A stretch of DNA of 63,093 nt, counting the filler, from Globobulimina sp. (taxonomy: Eukaryota): NCBI GenBank assembly GCA_003354225.1. It is 25 parts of 25 records of this genome, joined end to end, with 100 filler letters (N's around TTAATTAATTAA, not from the genome) between each part and the next. Parts side by side here need not be neighbours in the genome. Positions count along the whole stretch, not along the records: positions 12,649 to 15,077 come from PIVH01006726.1; positions 15,178 to 17,605 come from PIVH01006727.1; positions 17,706 to 20,133 come from PIVH01006728.1; positions 20,234 to 22,661 come from PIVH01006729.1; 21 more parts are not named here. The stretch is one strand, 5' to 3'. Each line of letters starts with the position of its first letter. The first letter of the stretch is position 1. The notes beneath the pieces are model-generated. The model searched no databases and was not told the DNA's origin. It saw nothing but the letters and a program-made list of their open reading frames with translations. The translations under genes and the position numbers were made by a program. Shown here in pieces: positions 12,649 to 22,761 of the stretch.

Positions 12649-15077
12649 CGTAAATGCTGCGACTTGGCCACTTCCTTTATCGCAGCTTTCAGTTTCTCCT
12701 CTTTAAAGCCTTGGATATCCGCACCGGGAAAGGCCGAATCTAACAAGGAATCGAACAAAAACTTATCATTCATCACTAACTTGGGCACCACAGTGCTCAT
12801 CAAAGAGCGAATTAAAATCGTCTCTTCTTCTTTCGGTGTCATTATAATTTCCTTCTCGTCCTCTTCATCATATTTCTTTTCCTCATCACGCTCTTTACTC
12901 TCTGCCGCAGCGGCTTGCCGTTTAAGTGTTTGTTCGGACCGTTTCAAATTGCCGGCAGAGCGCAGCACCGATTTCAAGGCTCGTAAACCAAAGTCATAAT
13001 GCGACTGTTTCGATAATTGATCGCGACACAACTCAAATAACAATACGATTTTACTCGACAACAGCTCTGCGGCCGTAAAACCTTGCGAGAAGAGCATAAC
13101 TTGCGCAATTAACACGCGGTTCGGTTTAATCATCGCCATGCCTCGGAATAATTGTTTTAAGTTATCGGGTAACTCTGAGCGACCGGCATATCCTGGATTC
13201 ATCGTCACAAATATGCCCATATTCTGATCCAATTTGACGGTTTGCTCTCGGACTAAGATAGTCGGCGCATTCGTCTCCAGCCCTTCTTGTATGATTAAGA
13301 TCTGCTGAGATACTGCAGATAATATCTTCTCTTCCAATCTATTAAATTCATCAAAGCAGCCCCAGGCACCGCATTGACACAGCCCGACAAAAATACGCGA
13401 CATTGCCGCATAATCAAAGGTCTCATCGCAACAAAAGACCAACACAAATCTACCCAACTGGGCGCCCAACGCCTTGACTGATTCCGTTTTGCCGGTACCA
13501 GCCGGTCCGAATGGATTACCGCCTAATTTGGCATGCAATGCTTCACAAAGCGTCAAATATGCCTTATCCGTCAATGGCGTCTGTACCAATCGCTCCGTGG
13601 CACCAAAATATTCAAATCCATAATAAAACTTGGCGCGCGAGATTTTAATCTCCAATTTCTTCAACACGTCTTTCTCCGTTTTATTCCAATAAAATCGCAT
13701 CCGGTACAACCATTTGAAGTCCTTCTCCGAGCAAATACGATCTATGCCTAAGTTCTTAGTCACATCTCGCTGATACACCAACTCTGTAATCAACTGTTCG
13801 TATAACTTCCGCAACGCCGCAGGAACATTAGACAAGACCCGGTCCGCCAATATGGTCAAAGTAGCTTTGATTTTCTCCAATAAAACTTGCATTTGTTCGT
13901 GCGCTTCGTCGGATTGATCCTTATGTAGTCGAATCAGATTTGCTTCCACAGCCTCACTCCATAACACCTGCGTCGCCAACAAGGCCACTTGAGCTGGAAA
14001 CTTGCGACACCACGCAAAGTAATCTCGAGGTGCAGTGGGCTCAGGCATGGACTCCAAGGCTTCCTCCAACAGTGAGGCCAGAGAGATACGCATCTGCGCC
14101 TCGACCTGACTCAGCCAATCCTGGATTTTGGGCGATTTGCTCACATCGACGGCTTGTTGGAATGCCACAGTCTCGCCTTCTTTACTCACCATACCAATCA
14201 CTACGGAGTCATGATCCGGCAACAATTCCAGCTGCGTAATGCCTGCAAACATTTTGGACAAATGTCGGTTCATTTGGATGGGATCCCGTGCATTTCCAAT
14301 AATTTCCAATAAGTCGTCATCGCCGATAAAGTAAAAGCGCGCAAATAAGGCACGTTGCGATTCGAGATACTCATTCAATGCCTTTTGAATCTGGTTCAAT
14401 GTGTTTTGATTTTGTTCCAGTTTCTGTAATATGCCCATTTCGGGAGACACCCAATGGTCCACCAACGGGTCGCCTTTGATGCCTTTCATTAATTGTATGA
14501 ATTCGCGGTCAAACGCCTTGAACTTTTGATAAAAACCACCCAATTGGCGCTTGACATCCTCACTGTTCGTAAACACGCCTTGCAAATACACCCAACGCCG
14601 TTGTACGTCCACCATCACATCGAATATAGCCGTGGCAGAATTTAATTTCTCTTCCCATTGAATCGAATCACGTTCAAACGACTTGAAATACGGCGACTGT
14701 TTCATACTCATTACATCTGATAAAGCATCGGCAATATCCGCCATTAAATCATTCCAATTCTTGACCAATGAGCACTTTCCTTTATACTCCACCAACTCAA
14801 AAAAGGTCTGCTGCCATTTATCACTCAATTCCGCCAAGAAGTTCTCCAAAGCATTCTCGCCCTGAGCCACCAAACAAACCGCACGGATTTCATTCAAATA
14901 TTTCAGTAAATTGATACTCCACAAATCCTCCACCGTCAATTGGTTGGCATTCGACTTTTTAATCCCTAATATCTGGAACAATTCGCGCCAATGTTTCTGT
15001 CGCAAGATGGGAGTGTCCACACCGCCGGCATTCAAGTCGCCCAATATGTTCTTATTCATTTTCTTCTTCGTCTTGAT
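12649..15077 (-). CDS. DYNC1H1: Cytoplasmic dynein 1 heavy chain, internal fragment (linker + AAA1)
   Basis: GPAGTGKTESVKALG, RFVLVFCCDETFD, GAWGCFDEFNRLEE, TMNPGYAGRSELPDNLK and QSHYDFGLRALKSVL. Open across the whole contig. Confidence 0.95.
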
Positions 15078-15192
15078 NNNNNNNNNNNNNNNNNNNNNNN
15101 NNNNNNNNNNNNNNNNNNNNNTTAATTAATTAANNNNNNNNNNNNNNNNNNNNNNNNNNNNNNNNNNNNNNNNNNNNAAATGCAAAACCACT

Positions 15193-15916
15193 CTACATTC
15201 TCCTATCAAAAGCATTCATATTTCCCAATAAAAAACCACATATTGCACAGAAAAATAAATGTGCCACACCTGCAGTGTCCGCGTTAGTTCCATTCGGCGA
15301 TAACTGTATAACCCACATTTGATTATAAACGGGGCTCTCCACACGTTTGCCCACAGTGCTTTGGTCCAATTTGTTCATTACTCAGGCCCTGCAAAGTAAC
15401 CACAATCAAAATCAATATTATTCAATGCAAAGAGTGCACTGTTATACCTATGGTCCATTGCAATGTTTGGTTGTGAGGATAATCAAATTTCCTTTGATAA
15501 AAAAGCTGATTGTTTTGCAAACGTATCTGTAATATTTTGATTTTAACCACGAATATTAATTCTGCAAATTTCGACTGTTTGATTTCAGCGAAGGATAAAG
15601 CTCCGGAGGACCAACCATACGATTTATGATTGGTGTAAATGCATGGAACTGTATATTTGGAATAGGTTTGTGGCGAATCGATGGTTCTGATCACGATGAT
15701 GTTTTTCCATTTGGATGGGATTGTTAAGGGCTTAATAAATACGCCAAATTGTCCTCGCGTTGCATCGTTCCATCCATTTGGGTTTAATTCAATTTGCCAG
15801 TTTATTTTCTCAATTTGAAAGATATCTGATTTGAACTCATCGCCCACTTTTGCGCTGTATATGCGATTTAATACTTGTGGGTCTGTGATTGTCCATTCAT
15901 ACGAATCTGAAGCCAT
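15193..15916 (-). CDS. MATH-domain protein; second MATH repeat appears frameshifted
   Basis: YEWTI...F.SDIF....WQIELNPNG....G.FGVF, plus a second W.IQLSPNG....G...LF in ORF 15193-15378. Intron 15389-15447 gives a stop unless one base is missing. Confidence 0.7.
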
Positions 15917-16063
15917 GATTAAAGTACAAAATATTCAGAAAACTTGAAGTTTTGCATATTTAGATCTAAACAATTGCGCAGCTGCATAATTCTTCGGTAA
16001 ATCGCGCTCATTTAAATAGAAAAGGATAAACTCGTTCGATTTTCGTCCACTTCTATTACATTT

Positions 16064-16513
16064 ATGATGTTATTGAAACTGTTATTGGTGACATGCGTTT
16101 CTGTTATGAACGGAACTCTTGATCATAATGGCACTGATCAACCACAATCGTATGCAACAAAAATTGGTCAAAGTGTTGGACAAACACTACAAACACTTGC
16201 TAATATTTCACCAATATTACCTGGCATGCCTGGTTTACACGCATTTGATGCACCCATTGATGCAGCCATTGATGCAGCACTTCGAAATGCACAACAATTG
16301 CAACCTGATAAGAATGATCAATTTTTGAGAGATGCAACGCCGACTCCATGGTTAGATGTATTGGGATTCATTTTGGGTGCATTGTTTTTATGTGTCATAG
16401 CAATAATTGTTGCGTGCATATGTTGTTGCATTAAAAAAGTAAAAAAACAAACCCCAGCACATCAGCCACAAACAAACTCAATCCCAACACCCACAGACAT
16501 TGTTATTGTTTAA
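16064..16513 (+). CDS. Small type I membrane protein
   Basis: Signal peptide, one TM helix, then CCC and a basic stop-transfer segment. Confidence 0.65.
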   Translation: MMLLKLLLVTCVSVMNGTLDHNGTDQPQSYATKIGQSVGQTLQTLANISPILPGMPGLHAFDAPIDAAIDAALRNAQQLQPDKNDQFLRDATPTPWLDVLGFILGALFLCVIAIIVACICCCIKKVKKQTPAHQPQTNSIPTPTDIVIV

Positions 16514-16895
16514 TTCATTGTTATTTCATGCAAACTATTTATTTCTCTTATTTGCACGCTCTCAAATTAACAATTGACATTGTCCAAAAATTAAATAACC
16601 AATCTGTAAAAATCGCAAAATAAGATTTATGAGTAATGCCAATTATAACGTCTTTTTTTATTGCATTGAGACTGCGCTGCAAAATATGTTGGAATGTTGT
16701 GAGATATGTTGCTTTAAATATTATTGTCGGTGTTGCGTTCATTCCGGACATACGTTTTGTGGAATATGTCATTGTGAATGCAATACGAGAATTGCCATTT
16801 ATATTCAATCAGTATTCAATTGTTTGCTGAGACTTTAATTTGCCATAAAAAACTTCAACTTTTTCACTAACCAAATAATCCCTACTCAGTCGATC

Positions 16896-17605
16896 ATGGA
16901 TTTTATATTGTATGCATTGGTATTATTCACTGTTGCTGTTTATTCTCAATGTGATATCAGTATTACGCAATCAATTCCTGACATTGACAGTAACCCACCC
17001 CAGACGACCCAATACGATATAACAGCACTAGCGCAACCATCCGGCTGTTTTGTTGATTCCCTGAGCATTACACTCGAAGCGGCCCATACACTCGACGAAG
17101 CGGCAAAGGTGGGTGATTTACATTTTAGTTTAAATGGTTTTGATTTTTTTGGTGGTCAATGTGGTAATCAGAATGAATTAGATGTTACAGTCACAGGTAT
17201 ATAGGTTGTTTATTATTTGTTATTTGTATTTTGATCACTAATTATAATTAATGTATAACATACAAATAATTAATGTATAACAAGATTCAAGCACAACACC
17301 CTATGGCTGTCCAAATGGAGCAGATGACGTTCAACCAAGTTCTCCCTTTGCTGAAGAATTCGGTGGCGATTTATTGGATGTTGAGACTGTTTGGACACTC
17401 TCAGTTATCGATGCTGGGACTGGGGATGATGGGACATTAGAAAGTTGGACACTATGCATTACCACTCACTGTCCCACGACAACGGCAATGCCCATATCCA
17501 CCGCAACAACAATCGCAACAACAATGGCAACAACAACAATGGCCATATCATCAGATTCCTCATCAGAATCTTCGTCAGACAGTGCAGAGAGTGATGATTC
17601 GTCGG
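16896..17605 (+). CDS. Secreted proprotein-convertase P-domain-like protein with Thr/Ser-rich tail, 2 exons, 3' partial
   Basis: Signal peptide; HT.....GDL and WTLSVIDAGTGDDGTLESWTLCI. Intron 17197-17284 joins the two ORFs in frame. Confidence 0.75.
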
Positions 17606-17905
17606 NNNNNNNNNNNNNNNNNNNNNNNNNNNNNNNNNNNNNNNNNNNNTTAATTAATTAANNNNNNNNNNNNNNNNNNNNNNNNNNNNNNNNNNNNNNN
17701 NNNNNTTACGAATATTACAAAACAATATATAAGACATTGTTCAACAAAACACACTATACCCAATATTGTTTTGATATGATTGGATATTATAGCAACCCCT
17801 TACTGAACTTCTAAATATGACAGTAGTGAGGAAAGATTTATTTAAGCTGGTTTTCATCTAACTCATTTCATAAAAGTTTAGGTATATAGACATTGGACAA
17901 CTGAT

Positions 17906-19126
17906 TCAACAAATTGTTTGTTGCATTCCTGATTTCTGGTCAACAACAATTTCAATAGAATTAGCATTGAGTGGATCGGAGACAGTGTCGAATTTGGATT
18001 GGCAACCTCTTCGATATGTTTCTGGCACTCCAATCTCATAATAAATGATAACACCCAAAATGGAGAAAATAAATGAAACAATTAAGCACCATTCATTCCA
18101 TAATGTCGGATGAAAGGAATCCAAATATTTCCCACCTTTTCTTGGATTGGTAGCAATGAAAAGATTTATAATCCACACAGGAATCAACGCAAACCGTCTC
18201 AAGAACCTCTTAGCTACGGAAGATACATGAATTTGCACTTCTGTCCCAACATAACTCTTAACATATAACATGACGGTACCAATCACAAATATCATCAACA
18301 ACAGTTTATTCGCCAATAATTTAGCTATAAAATCTGCAAAATCGATCATCTCAAAATATGATAAAATCACAACAAACGCAATACATAATGGCAATGCAAT
18401 AAGTCCATTTACACCCAACCAAAATAAACTGTTCATATATGCTTTCTCTGTTGATACGTAATCAATTTTACACACATATTCAGCCATGATGTTGGTGCAT
18501 GTGCTGCTCAGACAATTAAACATCTCCAACGTTATTCCCATCGCATAGTCAGTGTCACTATGAATATTTTCTTGTGTATTCGGCTTTGACTGGTTTGCGA
18601 ATAATTTGAATGGGAGCAGCCATAAAACACTGATGATTAGTAATATTATCCCCAAATAATCCGCTTTAAATAACTTTTTTTGCAACAATAATTTCTCAGC
18701 AATACATAAAAAGATAATGGATAATGCGTTAATTATGGATTTAAGCACAATTCCGAGTGTCCATAAAGACACAAAATGTAAACATGTTTGAATTAATGTG
18801 ATAATTTGATTGAGCACCACTAAGAACAAATGTTTTGTTGGCAAATCTTTGACAATCGACTCTTTTTGCATGAAATAACTGATAAACATTAATGATGGTG
18901 TTTGCAAGCAAAGGAATAATACATCAGGCCCTTCTACGTAGGCATCGATACCATTCTTATTGATTGTTTGCAATAAATTTAAATAGAGATCAGAATACAT
19001 TGTAATTACATGGATAATGATAAAAAATGATGAAAACAATATTCCTTTGCATGTAATATTATTGATGATGGCTTTGCCTCCAATATTTTGTGATTGCGGG
19101 CATTGAACCTGTGTTGTTTCTGTCAT
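17906..19126 (-). CDS. DMT/SLC35-like transporter
   Basis: About 10 TM segments with a DMT-like pattern (EKLLLQKKL...YLGIILLIIS; MGITL...LS....NIMAE). Confidence 0.65.
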   Translation of the reverse strand: MTETTQVQCPQSQNIGGKAIINNITCKGILFSSFFIIIHVITMYSDLYLNLLQTINKNGIDAYVEGPDVLFLCLQTPSLMFISYFMQKESIVKDLPTKHLFLVVLNQIITLIQTCLHFVSLWTLGIVLKSIINALSIIFLCIAEKLLLQKKLFKADYLGIILLIISVLWLLPFKLFANQSKPNTQENIHSDTDYAMGITLEMFNCLSSTCTNIMAEYVCKIDYVSTEKAYMNSLFWLGVNGLIALPLCIAFVVILSYFEMIDFADFIAKLLANKLLLMIFVIGTVMLYVKSYVGTEVQIHVSSVAKRFLRRFALIPVWIINLFIATNPRKGGKYLDSFHPTLWNEWCLIVSFIFSILGVIIYYEIGVPETYRRGCQSKFDTVSDPLNANSIEIVVDQKSGMQQTIC

Positions 19127-19157
19127 CTGATCTCAGTTTAACTAGCAAGTGAAGAAC

Positions 19158-20133
19158 ATGCGAACCAATAAGAATGGCAGTACTTTTGTTTTGGTGGAAT
19201 GGGATGATGGGAGCATGCAACGTACCCAATGGTATTTAGGACAGATTACAGAATATAATGCAAACAATGAACCAACGAAATTCAAAGATCTTGGCATCGA
19301 AGCCTATGGCCAAGAAAGATTCAGCTTCTTCTCCCATTTGATGCATCATTACATGGTTAAGATATATTTATTTTTACAATGCCGACTCCATAAAACTCCA
19401 AATTCAATCCACAGATATTAAAAGACGGTGATTCAATCCGTGGCAAAGCAGAGTTAGCAGCTAACAAAGAAGAATTATTTAAAATATCCATCACCAATGA
19501 AAAAATATTACATATATTATCTCCAAACGGCAAAGAATTTGATATAGAGAGCAAGAAACTAATAATAATCGGTCCCACCACCACAGATAAAACACGTCTG
19601 ATCGATGGGAGTGGCTGTATTCATGCTATTGACGACGAAATAAATATAATTAAAAAGCACAAAATTAAAATCAACAAAAAAAACAAACTTAAAACCGATT
19701 CCAATGACGAAATAGATGAACCACAGAGGAAAAAGAGACGATTAACACGTTCAATCACTAAAGAAATCACCGCACAAAAATCAGATACAGATAAAGAGGA
19801 CGACGGCGAAGAGGAAGAGGAAGAGGAAGAGGAGGAAAATGAGGAGGATATCGATTCAAATTCAAATTCGAGTTCGATCACTTCGATGCAGATTGAAAGT
19901 GAGAAACCAATGATTCGTAAACAGAGAGTGAGGCCGCGAAAGATGAAAAGCAAAGACATCGAAGCTACAAAACTGGCAAAAAAAATAATAAAACAACTGC
20001 GATCCAAACAGTTGATACCAATGGATTTACCACTCCTCATTTCCTGCACCGATGGCCATGGCAATAATAATGCAATGGACAGTATTCATAGCAGTGTGAT
20101 GCGGCGGATGAATAAAAAAAATCGGGTAAAATT
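19158..20133 (+). CDS. Hypothetical protein with NLS-like basic and poly-Glu tracts, 2 exons, 3' partial
   Basis: Intron 19356-19414 opens a continuous frame into ORF 19886; PQRKKRR and EEEEEEEE. Confidence 0.55.
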
Positions 20134-20503
20134 NNNNNNNNNNNNNNNNNNNNNNNNNNNNNNNNNNNNNNNNNNNNTTAATTAATTAANNNNNNNNNNN
20201 NNNNNNNNNNNNNNNNNNNNNNNNNNNNNNNNNCGTCACAACTTTTAGGAGTTCCTAACTCTTATTGTCCGAAAAGTGTTTTTTGAAACATAAAATGCAG
20301 TAAGAAGGTTTTGGAAGTGATTTGCTGCATTTTTAAACAATGAAAAATCATCGATGTGGAACATGTACAAAGCTAAGAATATTATATACCGAAACAATAT
20401 CATTTAATCGCAATGAAACACAAAAAACATAAAACAAAAACACGTAAAAAAAAAAAGAAATGATAAATATATTTACATATCATATAAAAAACAATTTATC
20501 TCG

Positions 20504-21837
20504 TCATTGTAACGTTTCATGATTACAATTATCTTCGTCAGTGTCTCCATCGACAATAAATCCATTATCATTCATAATGGTAACATTATCATCCATTGTA
20601 ATTGCATTTATATCATTGGCGTCATTACTAACATGTACATTGGATCCAGGTGTTTGAGAATAATTAGTTTCTGGTGATGTTGCTGGAGCTCCTTCCTCCT
20701 GATCCTCTCGATCCACATTTATTATATCCTGTATCATATTATTTCCTTCTTTGCCAATGCTACTCACTGCATCCATCGCCATTGATTTTGAGTTAACGTT
20801 TCCATGCATACCATGCCTATTATCAGTAATTGCTGTTCCTATTGTTGCTGAAAAATTGATTTCAAATTTCCGAACATGTGCTTTTATCCTACTTTTCCTT
20901 TTCTTGAGAAACAGAAATATGGATAAAAATATACAACAAAATATAAACACTGAGAGATAAATAATCCAGTTCTTATTATTCTTATCATTGCCATTCCGAC
21001 TGTCTTTATCTTGAGACTCTCCCTCTCCATAAATTAAATCATCAGTGACTTGAGCTGAATTAAATTCGGTTGGATAGGATGTTGGTTGATATGTTGTTGG
21101 ATAAAATGTTGGTTCATTCGTTGTTGGTCCATTCGTTGTTGGATTGGATGTTGTTGGATCATTGGTTGTTGGATTGGATGTTGTTGGATTGGATGTTGGT
21201 CGATACGTTGTTGGATACAATGTTGGTTCATGTGTTATTGGATCTGTCGTAGGACTGGATGTTGGCGAAAAGGTTAGTACGTTATAGCATGGATTATTGG
21301 TGCCATTGCATGTTAATTCTGATACAACATTGCTATGGTTGCTCCAAAATATCTGTAAACTGTGACAGGAAACTTTCCCACTACATATTATATGACAGTT
21401 GGCATATAACGGACAATGTATTATTGCTCTCGCACATTCAGCCTCTAAATCGCAGTCATACACAAAATCTTGGTATGGATCAGGTATAGGAAAATTGACT
21501 CCGGCGCACATGTTTCTGAGCCCCATGCATGTCAGTGTTGAGGTGCCATTTATTGGCCACTGTATATGGGTATTATAACATGATGAATCACCAATGCATT
21601 TGACATGACAATCATAATTATCAGGACATATAAATTGATAGTTTTGACATTCAGCAAATGCTTGACATGTACACACATATGTATTATTTTCAAATCCGCA
21701 TTGAGAGTCTGTACGTGAAACAAAGAATTAGTATGTCGATCATTGTAAAACAGAATAACTTAGCATGTTGGTGATGGGGTTGATAATGAAATGGATAATT
21801 GATTCCAGAGAAACCAGAATGCGAGCAACATGATCAT
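20504..21837 (-). CDS. Cys-repeat / PT-repeat type I membrane protein with a GC-AG intron
   Basis: Signal-peptide exon 21765-21837, intron 21709-21764, C.G..SC repeats, PT(T/S)NP stalk, TM WIIYLSVFIFCCIFLSIFLF followed by KKRK. Confidence 0.8.
21070..21270. repeat. Coding tandem repeat (PT-repeat stalk)
   Basis: 12-15-nt units such as gttggattggatgtt, encoding PTTSN/PTTND on the minus strand. Confidence 0.85.
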
Positions 21838-21931
21838 GTTGTGAAGTGAGTTAGTCATCTTCTTTAGAGTAAAAACGTACAGCTCAAATAAATATGCAAC
21901 TGGAAGAACGTGCATTGGTTTCATTGATAAT

Positions 21932-22633
21932 TCATTCATTCAGATAGGCATAAATATTATAATCAACCATGCCATTAAAGAATGCTTTATTTTGCTCAAA
22001 CACGTTTCTGAATACTAACGAATTTTTATCAATTGCTCTATCAACGGATAAGACACCGTCTAAATGATCCATTTCATGCTGTAATAACTCACTTAAATCC
22101 TGTTTGATAATATCCTTTGTCCATTTATGAATGTTTCCTTTTATATCCATCCATTCGATGCAAATATCACAATATCTTTGAACCTTTACCAATAAGTCGG
22201 GAAATGACATGCAATCATCCCACAGTGTAAATGTATTATTGTCAGATTTGTACAATATCTTTGGATTTAATATTAAGAAGCTTTCATTATTTGTCATCCC
22301 CGGCAAGTTCGTGTATGAACCGCTTAAATTCATTGCAATCATTCGTAAATCGATATTAATTTGAATTGCTGACATTGCTCTGCCAAAACCATTGCGATCA
22401 CGGAATCTTTTCAATGCTAGTTTTAATTGTTTTGATTGAAGCTTAAAATCATTGGATGATAATATTTCTTTTGACACTGGTCTTGATATGTCACGTAAAC
22501 GTGGATGACCCAAGATAAGCACCGGTGGGATGCAAACAGTTGATTGCTGGTTTCGGATAAATGCAAGGGTTGAATCAATTAATTCGAGTGCAACTGACAT
22601 TTTCTTTACTGAGCATGCAACATAATGTCGCAC
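21932..22633 (-). CDS. def: Peptide deformylase-like protein (DDCMS variant)
   Basis: LGHPRLR, GRAMSAIQI (motif 1), WDDCMSFP (motif 2, usually EGCLS) and QHEMDHLDG (motif 3). Confidence 0.9.
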   Translation of the reverse strand: MRHYVACSVKKMSVALELIDSTLAFIRNQQSTVCIPPVLILGHPRLRDISRPVSKEILSSNDFKLQSKQLKLALKRFRDRNGFGRAMSAIQINIDLRMIAMNLSGSYTNLPGMTNNESFLILNPKILYKSDNNTFTLWDDCMSFPDLLVKVQRYCDICIEWMDIKGNIHKWTKDIIKQDLSELLQHEMDHLDGVLSVDRAIDKNSLVFRNVFEQNKAFFNGMVDYNIYAYLNE

Positions 22634-22761
22634 CTAGCTACTCAAATAACTCAATTCCAACNNNNNNNNNNNNNNNNNNNNNNNNNNNNNNNNNNNNNNN
22701 NNNNNTTAATTAATTAANNNNNNNNNNNNNNNNNNNNNNNNNNNNNNNNNNNNNNNNNNNN

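Noticed and set aside
12649-15077. GC-richer contigs (dynein, SAPS-like) as a second organism
   Set aside because: Codon bias in conserved genes can explain it; this cannot be decided without coverage or k-mer data.
19595-19625. DGSGCI as an RNA-dependent RNA polymerase motif
   Set aside because: No other RdRP motifs; followed by low-complexity sequence.
21034-21277. Cys/Trp-rich and Leu/Asp-rich repeat ORFs
   Set aside because: Shadow frames of the PT-repeat coding region. The same applies at 32993-33280, 58959-59228 and 62327-63019.
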